Source: the human T2T-CHM13v2.0 reference genome, Homo sapiens
Length of the DNA: 64,000 bases
Assembly: GCA_009914755.4 (NCBI GenBank)
Contig: CP068257.2
Coordinates: 1,888,001 to 1,952,000 of the forward strand
Direction of reading: 5' to 3'
This document shows, piece by piece, positions 33,435 through 49,700 of the stretch (the stretch's first letter is position 1; the number at the start of each line of letters is the position of its first letter). Below the pieces are notes generated by a model. It ran no database searches, was not told where the DNA came from, and saw only the letters and a program-made list of their open reading frames with translations. The position numbers were made by a program, and so were the translations under genes.

Positions 33435-36253
33435 ATGAAATTACATCTAATATATATTAGGTACATAAAATATGAAAGTACATCAAATATAGATTATATA
33501 CTGTACATAAAATTTCAATGTACCCCAAATATATATTTTATACTCTACGTGAAATATCAAAGTTCACAAACCATATATTGTATACTGTACATAAAATATC
33601 AAAGTACCCAAGGTATATGTTCTATACTGTACAAAAAATATCAAAGTACCCAAAGCATGTATTATATACTGTACATAAAATATGAAAGTACATCATATAT
33701 ATATTTAATTCCGTACATAAAATATCAAAGTACACCAGATATATATTCTATTGTGTACATAAAATATCAAAGTACACAAACTATACATTATATACTGTAC
33801 ATAAAATATGAAATTACATCAAATATATATTATATAAGGTACATAAAATATGAAAGTACATCAAATATAGATTATATACTGTACAATAAATACCAAAGAA
33901 CCCCAAATATATATTATATACTGTACATTAAATACCAAAGATCCCCAAATATATATTATATACTCTACATGAAATATCAAAGTTCACAAACAATATATTA
34001 TATACTGTACATAAAATATCAAAGAACCCAAGGTATATATTCTATACTGTACAAAAAATATCAAAGTACCCAAAGCATGTATTATATACTGTATATAAAA
34101 TATGAAAGTACATCAAATATATATTTTATTCTGTACATAAAATATCAAAGTACACCAGATATATATTCTATAGTGTACATAAAATAACAAAGTACAAAAA
34201 CTATAAATTATATACTGTACATAAAATATGAAATTACATCAAATATATATTAGTTACATAAAATATGAAAGTACATCAAATATAGATTATATACTGTACA
34301 TAAAATATGAATGTACCCCAAATATATATTTTATACTCGACATGAAATATCAAAGTTCACAAACCATATAATGTATACTATACATAAAATATCAAAGTAC
34401 CCAAGGTATATATTCTATACTGTACAAAAAATATCAAAGTACCCAAAGCATGTATTATATACTGTACATAAAATATGAAAGTACATCAAATATATATTTT
34501 ATTCTGTACATAAAATATCAAAGTACACCAGATATATATTCTATAGTGTACATAAAATATCAAAGTACCCAAACTATACATTATATACTGTACATAAAAT
34601 ATGAAATTACCTCAAATATATATTATATTAGGTACATAAAATATGAAAGTACATCAAATATAGATTATATACTGTACATTAAATACCAAAGTACCCCAAA
34701 TATATATTTTATAGTGTACATGAAATATCACAGTTCACAAACTATATATTATATACTGTACATATAATATCAAAGTACCCAAGGTATATATTCTATACTG
34801 TACAAAAAATATCAAAGTACCCAAAGCATGTATTATATACAGTACATAAAATATGAAAGTACATCAAATATATATTTTATTCTGTACATAAAATATCAAA
34901 GTACACCAGATATATATTCTATAGTGTACATAAAATAACAAAGTACACAAACTATAAATTATATACTGTACATAAAATATGAAATTACATCAAATATATA
35001 TTAGGTATATAAATTATGAAAGTACATCAAATATAGATTTTATACTGTACATAAAATATCAATGTACCCCAAATATATATTTTATACTCTACATGAAATA
35101 CCAAAGTTCACAAACCATATATTATATACTGTACATAAAATATCAAAGTACCCAAGGTATATATTCTATACTGTACAAAAAATATCAAAGTACCCAAAGC
35201 ATGTATTATATACTGTACATAAAATATGAAAGTACATCAAATATGTATTTTATTCTGTACATAAAATATCAAAGTACACCAGATATATATTCTATAGTGT
35301 ACATAAAATATCAAAGTACCCAAACTATACATTATATACTGTACATAAAATATGAAATTACATCAAATATATATTATATTAGGTACATAAAATATGAAAG
35401 TACATCAAATATAGATTATATACTGTACATAAAATATCAAAGTACCCCAAATATATATTATATACTCTACATGAAATATCAAAGTTCACAAACTATATAT
35501 TATATACTGTACATAAAATATCAAAGTACCCAAGGTATATATTCTATAATGTACAAAAAATATCAAAGTACCCAAAGCGTGTATTATATACTGTATATAA
35601 AATGTGAAATTACATCAGATATATATTTTATTCTGTACATAAAATATCAAAGTACACCAGATATATATTCTATAGTGTACATAAAATATCAAAGTACCCA
35701 AACTATACATTATATACTGTACATAAAATATGAAATTACATCAAATATATATTATATTAGGTACATAAAATATGAAAGTACACCAAATATAGATTATATA
35801 CTGTACATTAAATACCAAAGTACCCCAAATCTATATTTTATACTGTACATGAAATATCAAAGTTCACAAACTGTATATTATATACTGTACATAAAATATC
35901 AAAGTACCCAAGGTATATATTCTATACTGTACAAAAAATATCAAAGTAACCAAAGCATGTATTATATACTGTACCTAAAATATGAAAGTTCATCAAATAT
36001 ATATTTTATTCTGTACATAAAATATCAAAGTACACTAGATATATATTCTATAGTGTACATAAAATACCAAAGTACCCAAACTATACATTATATACTGTAC
36101 ATAAAATATGAAATGACATCAAATATATATTATCTTAGGTATATAAAATATGAAAGTACATCAAATATAGATTATACACTGTACATAAAATATCAAAGTA
36201 CCCCAAATATATATTATATACTCTACATGAAATATCAAAGTTCACAAACTATA
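33435..36253. repeat. Block X copy 2 (truncated at about 2.82 kb); it sits inside a tandem 3803-bp duplication (approximately 32451-36253 and 36254-40056)
   Basis: Offset 6850 relative to X1 up to about 36253, where the 443-aa pseudo-ORF 34979..36310 diverges from the 28129 ORF. Offset 3803 matches are 32801/36604, 33435/37238, 34450/38253 and 34979/38782. Confidence 0.7.
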
Positions 36254-37237
36254 TATTATATACTGTACATAAAATATCAAAGTACCCAAGGTATATATTC
36301 TATACTGTAAAAAAATATCAAAGTACCCAAAGCATGTATTATATACTGTACCTAAAATATGAAAGTACATCAAATATATATTTTATTCTGTACATAAAAT
36401 ATCAAAGTACACCAGATATATATTCTATAGTGTAAATAAAATATCAAAGTACCCAAACTATACATTATATACTGTACATAAAATATGAAATTACATCAAA
36501 TATATATTATATTAGGTTCATAAAATATGAAAGTACATCAAATATAGATTATATACTGTACACTAAATACCTAAGTACCCCAAATATATATTTTATACTG
36601 TACATGAAATATCAAAGTTCACAAACTATATATTATATACTGTACATAAAATATCAAAGTACCCAACGTATATATTCTATACTGTACAAAAAATATCAAA
36701 GTACCCAAATCATGTATTATATACTGTACCTAAAATATGAAAGTACATCAAATATATATTTTATTCTGTACATAAAATATCAAAGTACACCAGATATATA
36801 TTCTATAGTGTACATAAAATATCAAAGTACCCAAACTATACATTATATACTGTACATAAAATATGAAATTACATAAAATATATATTATATTAGGTACATA
36901 AAATATGAAAGTACATCAAATATAGATTATATACTGTACATAAAATATCAAAGTACCCCAAATATATATTATATACTCTACATGAAATATCAAAGTTCAC
37001 AAACCATATATTATATACTGTACATAAAATAAAGTACCCAAGGTATATATTCTATACTGTAGAAAAAATATCAAAGGACCCAAAGCATGTATTATATACT
37101 GTATATAAAATATGAAAGTACATCAAATATATAATTTATTCTGTACATATAATATCAAAGTACACCAGACATATATTCTATAGTGTACATAAAATAACAA
37201 AGTACAAAAACTATAAATTATATACTGTACATAAAAT

Positions 37238-40200
37238 ATGAAATTACATCTAATATATATTAGGTACATAAAATATGAAAGTACATCAAATATAGATTAT
37301 ATACTGTACATAAAATTTCAATGTACCCCAAATATATATTTTATACTCTACGTGAAATATCAAAGTTCACAAACCATATATTGTATACTGTACATAAAAT
37401 ATCAAAGTACCCAAGGTATATGTTCTATACTGTACAAAAAATATCAAAGTACCCAAAGCATGTATTATATACTGTACATAAAATATGAAAGTACATCATA
37501 TATATATTTAATTCCGTACATAAAATATCAAAGTACACCAGATATATATTCTATTGTGTACATAAAATATCAAAGTACACAAACTATACATTATATACTG
37601 TACATAAAATATGAAATTACATCAAATATATATTATATAAGGTACATAAAATATGAAAGTACATCAAATATAGATTATATACTGTACAATAAATACCAAA
37701 GAACCCCAAATATATATTATATACTGTACATTAAATACCAAAGATCCCCAAATATATATTATATACTCTACATGAAATATCAAAGTTCACAAACAATATA
37801 TTATATACTGTACATAAAATATCAAAGAACCCAAGGTATATATTCTATACTGTACAAAAAATATCAAAGTACCCAAAGCATGTATTATATACTGTATATA
37901 AAATATGAAAGTACATCAAATATATATTTTATTCTGTACATAAAATATCAAAGTACACCAGATATATATTCTATAGTGTACATAAAATAACAAAGTACAA
38001 AAACTATAAATTATATACTGTACATAAAATATGAAATTACATCAAATATATATTAGTTACATAAAATATGAAAGTACATCAAATATAGATTATATACTGT
38101 ACATAAAATATGAATGTACCCCAAATATATATTTTATACTCGACATGAAATATCAAAGTTCACAAACCATATAATATATACTATACATAAAATATCAAAG
38201 TACCCAAGGTATATATTCTATACTGTACAAAAAATATCAAAGTACCCAAAGCATGTATTATATACTGTACATAAAATATGAAAGTACATCAAATATATAT
38301 TTTATTCTGTACATAAAATATCAAAGTACACCAGATATATATTCTATAGTGTACATAAAATATCAAAGTACCCAAACTATACATTATATACTGTACATAA
38401 AATATGAAATTACCTCAAATATATATTATATTAGGTACATAAAATATGAAAGTACATCAAATATAGATTATATACTGTACATTAAATACCAAAGTACCCC
38501 AAATATATATTTTATAGTGTACATGAAATATCACAGTTCACAAACTATATATTATATACTGTACATATAATATCAAAGTACCCAAGGTATATATTCTATA
38601 CTGTACAAAAAATATCAAAGTACCCAAAGCATGTATTATATACAGTACATAAAATATGAAAGTACATCAAATATATATTTTATTCTGTACATAAAATATC
38701 AAAGTACACCAGATATATATTCTATAGTGTACATAAAATAACAAAGTACACAAACTATAAATTATATACTGTACATAAAATATGAAATTACATCAAATAT
38801 ATATTAGGTATATAAATTATGAAAGTACATCAAATATAGATTTTATACTGTACATAAAATATCAATGTACCCCAAATATATATTTTATACTCTACATGAA
38901 ATACCAAAGTTCACAAACCATATATTATATACTGTACATAAAATATCAAAGTACCCAAGGTATATATTCTATACTGTACAAAAAATATCAAAGTACCCAA
39001 AGCATGTATTATATACTGTACATAAAATATGAAAGTACATCAAATATGTATTTTATTCTGTACATAAAATATCAAAGTACACCAGATATATATTCTATAG
39101 TGTACATAAAATATCAAAGTACCCAAACTATACATTATATACTGTACATAAAATATGAAATTACATCAAATATATATTATATTAGGTACATAAAATATGA
39201 AAGTACATCAAATATAGATTATATACTGTACATAAAATATCAAAGTACCCCAAATATATATTATATACTCTACATGAAATATCAAAGTTCACAAACTATA
39301 TATTATATACTGTACATAAAATATCAAAGTACCCAAGGTATATATTCTATAATGTACAAAAAATATCAAAGTACCCAAAGCGTGTATTATATACTGTATA
39401 TAAAATGTGAAATTACATCAGATATATATTTTATTCTGTACATAAAATATCAAAGTACACCAGATATATATTCTATAGTGTACATAAAATATCAAAGTAC
39501 CCAAACTATACATTATATACTGTACATAAAATATGAAATTACATCAAATATATATTATATTAGGTACATAAAATATGAAAGTACACCAAATATAGATTAT
39601 ATACTGTACATTAAATACCAAAGTACCCCAAATCTATATTTTATACTGTACATGAAATATCAAAGTTCACAAACTGTATATTATATACTGTACATAAAAT
39701 ATCAAAGTACCCAAGGTATATATTCTATACTGTACAAAAAATATCAAAGTAACCAAAGCATGTATTATATACTGTACCTAAAATATGAAAGTTCATCAAA
39801 TATATATTTTATTCTGTACATAAAATATCAAAGTACACTAGATATATATTCTATAGTGTACATAAAATACCAAAGTACCCAAACTATACATTATATACTG
39901 TACATAAAATATGAAATGACATCAAATATATATTATCTTAGGTATATAAAATATGAAAGTACATCAAATATAGATTATACACTGTACATAAAATATCAAA
40001 GTACCCCAAATATATATTATATACTCTACATGAAATATCAAAGTTCACAAACTTTATATTATATACTGTACATAAAATAAAGTCCCCAAGGTATATATTC
40101 TATACTGTAGAAAAAATATCAAAGTACCCAAAGCATGTATTATATACTGTATATAAAATATGAAAGTACATCAAATATATATTTTATTCTGTACATAATA

Positions 40201-40285
40201 TATCAAAGTACACCAGATATATATTCTATAGTGTACATAAAATAACAAAGTACAAAAACTATAAATTATATACTGTACATAAAAT
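37238..40285. repeat. Block X copy 3 (3048 bp, full length, essentially identical to copy 1)
   Basis: Offset 10653 from copy 1; the 432-aa pseudo-ORF 38782..40080 is identical to 28129..29427, including the derived QTLYY variant. Confidence 0.75.
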
Positions 40286-43200
40286 ATGGTATTACATCAA
40301 ATATATATTAGCTACATAAAATATGAAAGTACATCAAATATAGATTATATACTGTACATAAAATTTCAATGTACCCCAAATATATATTTTATACTCTACA
40401 TGAAATATCAAAGTTCACAAACCATATATTATATACTGTACATAAAATATCAAAGTACCCAAGGTATATATTCTATACTATACAAAAAATATCAAAGTAC
40501 CCAAAGCATGTATTATATACTGTACCTAAAATATGAAAGTACATCAAATATATATTTTATTCTGTACATAAAATATCAAAGTACACCAGATATACATTCT
40601 ATAGTGTACATAAAATATCAAAGTACCCAAACTATACATTATATACTGTACATAAAATATGAAATTACATCAAATATATTTTATATTAGGTACATAAAAT
40701 ATGAAAGTACATCAAATATAGATTATATACTGTACATTAAATACCAAAGTACCCCAAATATATATTTTATACTGTACATGAAATATCAAAGTTCACAAAC
40801 TATATATTATATACTGTACATATAATATCAAAGTACCCAAGGTATATATTCTATACTGTACAAAAAATAACAAAGTACCAAAAGCATGTATAATATACTG
40901 TACATAAAATATGAAAGTACATCAAATATATATTTTATTCTGTACATAAAATATCAAAGTACACCAGATATATATTCTATAGTGTACATAAAATATCAAA
41001 GTACCCAAACTATACATTATATACTGTACATAAAATATGAAATTACATCAAATATATATTATATTAGGTACATAAAATATGAAAGTACATCAAATATAGA
41101 TTATATACTGTACATTAAATACCAAAGTACCCCAAATATATATTTTATACTGTACATGAAATATCAAAGTTCACAAACTATATATTATATACTGTACATA
41201 AATTATCAAAGTACCCAAGGTATATATTCTATACTGTACAAAAAATATCAAAGTACCCAAAGCATGTATTATATACTGTACATAAAATATGAAAGTACAT
41301 CAAATATATATTTTATTCTGTACATAATATATCAAAGTACACCAGATATATATTCTATAGTGTACATAAAATAACAAAGAACACAAACTATACATTATAT
41401 ACTGTACATAAAATATGAAATTACATCAAATATATATTAGGTGCATAAAATATGAAAGTACATCAAATATAGATTATATACTGTACATAAAATATCAATG
41501 TACCCCAAATATATATTTTATACTATATATGAAATATCAAAGTTCACAAACCATATATTGTATACTGTACATAAAATATCAAAGTACCCAAGGTATATGT
41601 TCTATACTGTACAAAAAATATCAAAGTACCCAAAGCATGTATTATATACTGTACATAAAATATGAAAGTACATCAAATATATATTTTATTCCGTACATAA
41701 AATATCAAAGTACACCAGATATATATTCTATAGTGTACATAAAATATCAAAGTACACAAACTATACATTATATACTGTACATAAAATATGAAATTACATC
41801 AAATATATATTATATAAGGTACATAAAATATGAAAGTACATCAAATATAGATTATATACTGTACAATAAATACCAAAGAACCCCAAATATATATTATATA
41901 CTGTACATTAAATACCAAAGAACCCAAAATATATATTATATACTCTACATGAAATATCAAAGTTCACAAACTATATATTATATACTGTACATATAATATC
42001 AAAGTACCCAAGGTATATATTCTATACTGTACAAAAAATATCAAAGTACCCAAAGCATGTATTATATACAGTACATAAAATATGAAAGTACATCAAATAT
42101 ATATTTTATTCTGTACATAAAATATCAAAGTACACCAGATATATATTCTATAGTGTACATAAAATAACAAAGTACACAAACTATACATTATATACTGTAC
42201 ATAAAATATGAAATTACATCAAATATATATTAGGTACATAAAATATGAAAGTACATCAAATATAGATTATATACTGTACATGAAATATCAAAGTACCCCA
42301 ATATATATTTTATACTCTACATGAAATACCAAAGTTCACAAACCATATATTATATACTGTACATAAAATATCAAAGTACCCAAGGTATATATTCTATACT
42401 GTACAAAAAATATCAAAGTACCCAAAGCATGTATTATATACTGTACATAAAATATGAAAGTACATCAAATATGTATTTTATTCTGTACATAAAATATCAA
42501 AGTACACCAGATATATATTCTATAGTGTACATAAAATATCAAAGTACCCAAACTATACATTATATACTGTACATAAAATATGAAATTACATCAAATATAT
42601 ATTATATTAGGTACATAAAATATGAAAGTACATCAAATATAGATTATATACTGTACATAAAATATCAAAGTACCCCAAATATATATTATATACTCTACAA
42701 GAAATATCAAAGTTCACAAACTATATATTATATACTGTACATAAAATATCAAAGTACCCAAGGTATATATTCTATAATGTACAAAAAATATCAAAGTACC
42801 CAAAGCGTGTATTATATACTGTATATAAAATGTGAAATTACATCAGATATATATTTTATTCTGTACATAAAATATCAAAGTACACCAGATATATATTCTA
42901 TAGTGTACATAAAATATCAAAGAACCCAAACTATACATTATATACTGTACATAAAATATGAAATTACATCAAATATATATTATATTAGGTACATAAAATA
43001 TGAAAGTACATCAAATATAGATTATATACTGTACATTAAATACCAAAGTACCCCAAATATATATTTTATACTCTACATGAAATATCAAAGTTCACAAACT
43101 ATATATTATATACTGTACATAAAATATCAAAGTACCCAAGGTATATATTCTATACTGTAAAAAAATATCAAAGTACCCAAAGCATGTATTATATACTGTA

Positions 43201-43350
43201 CCTAAAATATGAAAGTACATCAAATATATATTTTATTCTGTACATAAAATATCAAAGTACACCAGATATATATTCTATAGTGTAAATAAAATATCAAAGT
43301 ACCCAAACTATACATTATATACTGTACATAAAATATGAAATTACATCAAA
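40286..43350. repeat. Block Y copy 2
   Basis: See block Y copy 1; the shared rare variants (atggtattacatc, attagctac) exclude an independent origin. Confidence 0.7.
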
Positions 43351-43709
43351 TATATATTATATTAGGTACATAAAATATGAAAGTACATCAAATATAGATT
43401 ATACACTGTACATAAAATATCAAAGTACCCCAAATATATATTATATACTCTACATGAAATATCAAAGTTCACAAACTATATATTATATACTGTACATAAA
43501 ATAAAGTCCCCAAGGTATATATTCTATACTGTAGAAAAAATATCAAAGTACCCAAAGCATGTATTATATACTGTATATAAAATATGAAAGTACATCAAAT
43601 ATATATTTTATTCTGTACATAATATATCAAAGTACACCAGATATATATTCTATAGTGTACATAAAATAACAAAGTACAAAAACTATAAATTATATACTGT
43701 ACATAAAAT

Positions 43710-46700
43710 ATGGAATTACATCAAATATATATTAGGTACATAAAATATGAAAGTACATCAAATATAGATTATATACTGTACATAAAATTTCAATGTACCC
43801 CAAATATATATTTTATACTCTACATGAAATATCAAAGTTCACAAACCATATATTATATACTTTACATAAAATATCAAAGTACCCAAGGTATATATTCTAT
43901 ACTATACAAAAAATATCAAAGTAGCAAAGCATGTATTATATACTGTACCTAAAATATGAAAGTACATCAAATATATATTTTATTCTGTACATAAAATATC
44001 AAAGTACACCAGATATATATTCTATAGTGTACATAAAATATCAAAGTACCCAAACTATACATTATATACTGTACATAAAATATGAAATTACATCAAATAT
44101 ATTTTATATTAGGTACATAAAATATGAAAGTACATCAAATATAGATTATATACTGTACATTAAATACCAAAGTACCACAAATATATATTTTATACTGTAC
44201 ATGAAATATCAAAGTTCACAAACTATATATTATATACTGTACATATAATATCAAAGTACACAAGGTATATATTCTATACTGTACAAAAAATAACAAAGTA
44301 CCAAAAGCATGTATAATATACTGTACATAAAATATGAAAGTACATCAAATATATATTTTATTCTGTACATAAAATATCAAAGTACACCAGATATATATTC
44401 TATAGTGTACATAAAATATCAAAGTACCCAAACTATACATTATATACTGTAAATAAAATATGAAATTACATCAAATATATTTTATATTAGGTACATAAAA
44501 TATGAAAGTACATCAAATATAGATTATATACTGTACATTAAATACCAAAGTACCCCAAATATATATTTTATACTGTACATGAAATATCAAAGTTCACAAA
44601 CTATATATTATATACTGTACATAAATTATCAAAGTACCCAAGGTATATATTCTATACTGTACAAAAAATATCAAAGTACCCAAAGCATGTATTATATACT
44701 GTACATAAAATATGAAAGTACATCAAATATATATTTTATTCTGTACATAATATATCAAAGTACACCAGATATATATTCTATAGTGTACATAAAATAACAA
44801 AGTACACAAACTATACATTATATACTGTACATAAAATATGAAATTACATCAAATATATATTAGGTACATAAAATATGAAAGTACATCAAATATAGATTAT
44901 ATACTGTACATAAAATATCAATGTACCCCAAATATATATTTTATACTATACATGAAATATCAAAGTTCACAAACCATATATTGTATACTGTACATAAAAT
45001 ATCAAAGTACCCAAGGTATATGTTCTATACTGTACAAAAAATATCAAAGTACCCAAAGCATATATTATATACTGTACATAAAATATGAAAGTACATCAAA
45101 TATATATTTTATTCCGTACATAAAAGATCAAAGTACACCAGATATATATTCTATAGTGTACATAAAATATCAAAGTACACAAACTATACATTATATACTG
45201 TACATAAAATATGAAATTACATCAAATATATATTATATTAGGTACATAAAATATGAAAGTACATCAAATATAGATTATATACTGTACATTAAATACCAAA
45301 GAACCCCAAATATATATTATATACTCTACATGAAATATCAAAGTTCACAAACTATATATTATATACTGTACATAAAATATCAAAGTACACAAGGTATATA
45401 TTCTATACTGTACAAAAAATATCAAAGTACCCAAAGCATGTATTATATACTGTATATAAAATATGAAAGTACATCAAATATATATTTTATTCTGTACATA
45501 AAATATCAAAGTACACCAGATATATATTCTATAGTGTACATAAAATAACAAAGTACACAAACTATAAATTATATACTGTACATAAAATATGAAATTACAT
45601 CAAATATATATTAGGTACATAAAATATGAAAGTACATCAAATATAGATTATATACTGTACATAAAATATCAATGTACCCCAAATATATATTTTATACTCG
45701 ACATGAAATATCAAAGTTCACAAACCATATAATATATACTGTACATAAAATATCAAAGTACCCAAGGTATATATTCTATACTGTACAAAAAATATCAAAG
45801 TACCCAAAGCATGTATTATATACTGTACCTAAAATATGAAAGTACATCAAATATATATTTTATTCTGTACATAAAATATCAAAGTACACCAGATATATAT
45901 TCTATAGTGTACATAAAATATCAAAGTACCCAAACTATACATTATATACTGTACATAAAATATGAAATTACATCAAATATATATTATATTAGGTACATAA
46001 AATATGAAAGTACATCAAATATAGATTATATACTGTACATTAAATACCAAAGTACCCCAAATATATATTTTATACTGTACATGAAATATCAAAGTTCACA
46101 AACTATATATTATATACTGTACATATAATATCAAAGTACCCAAGGTATATATTCTATACTGTACAAAAAATATCAAAGTACCTAAAGCATGTATTATATA
46201 CAGTACATAAAATATGAAAGTACATCAAATATATATTTTATTCTGTACATAAAATATCAAAGTACACCAGATATATATTCTATAGTGTACATAAAATAAC
46301 AAAGTACACAAACTATAAATTATATACTGTACATAAAATATGAAATTACATCAAATATATATTAGGTACATAAAATATGAAAGTACATCAAATATAGATT
46401 ATATACTGTACATAAAATATCAATGTACCCCAAATATATATTTTATACTCTACATGAAATACCAAAGTTCACAAACCATATATTATATACTGTACATAAA
46501 ATATCAAAGTACCCAAGGTATATATTCTATACTGTACAAAAAATATCAAAGTACCCAAAGCATGTATTATATACTGTACATAAAATATGAAAGTACATCA
46601 AATATATATTTTATTCTGTACATAAAATATCAAAGTACACCAGATATATATTCTATAGTGTACATAAAATATCAAAGTACCCAAACTATACATTATATAC

Positions 46701-49700
46701 TGTACATAAAATATGAAATTACATCAAATATATATTATATTAGGTACATAAAATATGAAAGTACATCAAATATAGATTATATACTGTACATTAAATACCA
46801 AAGTACCCCAAATATATATTTTATACTGTACATGAAATATCAAAGTTCACAAACTATATATTATATACTGTACATAAAATATCAAAGTACCCAAGGTATA
46901 TATTCTATACTGTACAAAAAATATCAAAGTACCCAAAGCATGTATTATATACTGTACCTAAAATATGAAAGTACATCAAATATATATTTTATTCTGTACA
47001 TAAATTATCAAAGTACACCAGATATATATTCTATAGTGTACATAAAATATCAAAGTACCCAAACTATACATTATATACTGTACATAAAATATGAAATTAC
47101 ATCAAATATATATTATATTAGGTACATAAAATATGAAAGTACATCAAATATAGATTATACACTGTACATAAAATATCAAAGTACCCCAAATATATATTAT
47201 ATACTCTACATGAAATATCAAAGTTCACAAACTATATATTATATACTGTACATAAAATAAAGTCCCCAAGGTATATATTCTATACTGTAGAAAAAATATC
47301 AAAGTACCCAAAGCATGTATTATATACTGTATATAAAATATGAAATTACATCAAATATATATTTTATTCTGTACATAATATATCAAAGTACACCAGATAT
47401 ATATTCTATAGTGTACATAAAATAACAAAGTACAAAAACTATAAATTATATACTGTACATAAAATATGAAATTACATCAAATATATATTAGGTACATAAA
47501 ATATGAAAGTACATCAAATATAGATTATATACTGTACATAAAATTTCAATGTACCCCAAATATATATTTTATACTCTACATGAAATATCAAAGTTCACAA
47601 ACCATATATTATATACTGTACATAAAATATCAAAGTACCCAAGGTATATATTCTATACTATACAAAAAATATCAAAGTACCCAAAGCATGTATTATATAC
47701 TGTACCTAAAATATGAAAGTACATCGAATATATATTTTATTCTGTACATAAAATATCAAAGTACACCAGATATATATTCTATAGTGTACATAAAATATCA
47801 AAGTACCCAAACTATACATTATATACTGTACATAAAATATGAAATTACATCAAATATATTTTATATTAGGTACATAAAATATGAAAGTACATCAAATATA
47901 GATTATATACTGTACATTAAATACCAAAGTACCCCAAATATATATTTTATACTGTACATGAAATATCAAAGTTCACAAACTATATATTATATACTGTACA
48001 TATAATATCAAAGTACCCAAGGTATATATTCTATACTGTACAAAAAATAACAAAGTACCAAAAGCATGTATAATATACTGTACATAAAATATGAAAGTAC
48101 ATCAAATATATATTTTATTCTGTACATAAAATATCAAAGTACACCAGATATATATTCTATAGTGTACATAAAATATCAAAGTACCCAAACTATACATTAT
48201 ATACTGTAAATAAAATATGAAATTACATCAAATATATTTTATATTAGGTACATAAAATATGAAAGTACATCAAATATAGATTATATACTGTACATTAAAT
48301 ACCAAAGTACCCCAAATATATAATTTACACTGTACATGAAATATCAAAGTTCACAAACTATATATTATATACTGTACATAAATTATCAAAGTACCCAAGG
48401 TATATATTCTATACTGTACAAAAAATATGAAAGTACCCAAAGCATGTATTATATACTGTACATAAAATATGTAAGTACATCAAATATATATTTTATTCTG
48501 TACATAATATATCAAAGTACACCAGATATATATTCTATAGTGTACATAAAATAACAAAGTACACAAACTATACATTATATACTGTACATAAAATATGAAA
48601 TTACATCAAATATATATTAGGTACATAAAATATGAAAGAACATCAAATATAGATTATATACTGTACATAAAATATCAATGTACCCCAAATATATATTTTA
48701 TACTATACATGAAATATCAAAGTTCACAAACCATATATTGTATACTGTACATAAAATATCAAAGTACCCAAGGTATATGTTCTATACTGTACAAAAAATA
48801 TCAAAGTACCCAAAGCATGTATTATATACTGTACATAAAATATGAAAGTACATCAAATATATATTTTATTCCGTACATAAAAGATCAAAGTACACCAGAT
48901 ATATATTCTATAGTGTACATAAAATATAAAAGTACACAAACTATACATTATATACTGTACATAAAATATGAAATTACATCAAATATATATTATATTAGGT
49001 ACATAAAATATGAAAGTACATCAAATATAGATTATATACTGTACATTAAATACCAAAGAACCCCAAATATATATTATATACTCTACATGAAATATCAAAG
49101 TTCACAAACTATATATTATATACTGTACATAAAATATCAAAGTACCCAAGGTATATATTCTATACTGTACAAAAAATATCAAAGTACCCAAAGCATGTAT
49201 TATATACTGTATATAAAATATGAAAGTACATCAAATATATATTTTATTCTGTACATAAAATATCAAAGTACACCAGATATATATTCTGTAGTGTACATAA
49301 AATAACAAAGTACACAAACTATAAATTATATACTGTACATAAAATATGAAATTACATCAAATATATATTAGGTACATAAAATATGAAAGTACATCAAATA
49401 TAGATTATATACTGTACATAAAATATCAATGTACCCCAAATATATATTTTATACTCGACATGAAATATCAAAGTTCACAAACCATATAATATATACTGTA
49501 CATAAAATATCAAAGTACCCAAGGTATATATTCTATACTGTACAAAAAATATCAAAGTACCCAAAGCATGTATTATATACTGTACCTAAAATATGAAAGT
49601 ACATCAAATATATATTTTATTCTGTACATAAAATATCAAAGTACACCAGATATATATTCTATAGTGTACATAAAATATCAAAGTACCCAAACTATACATT

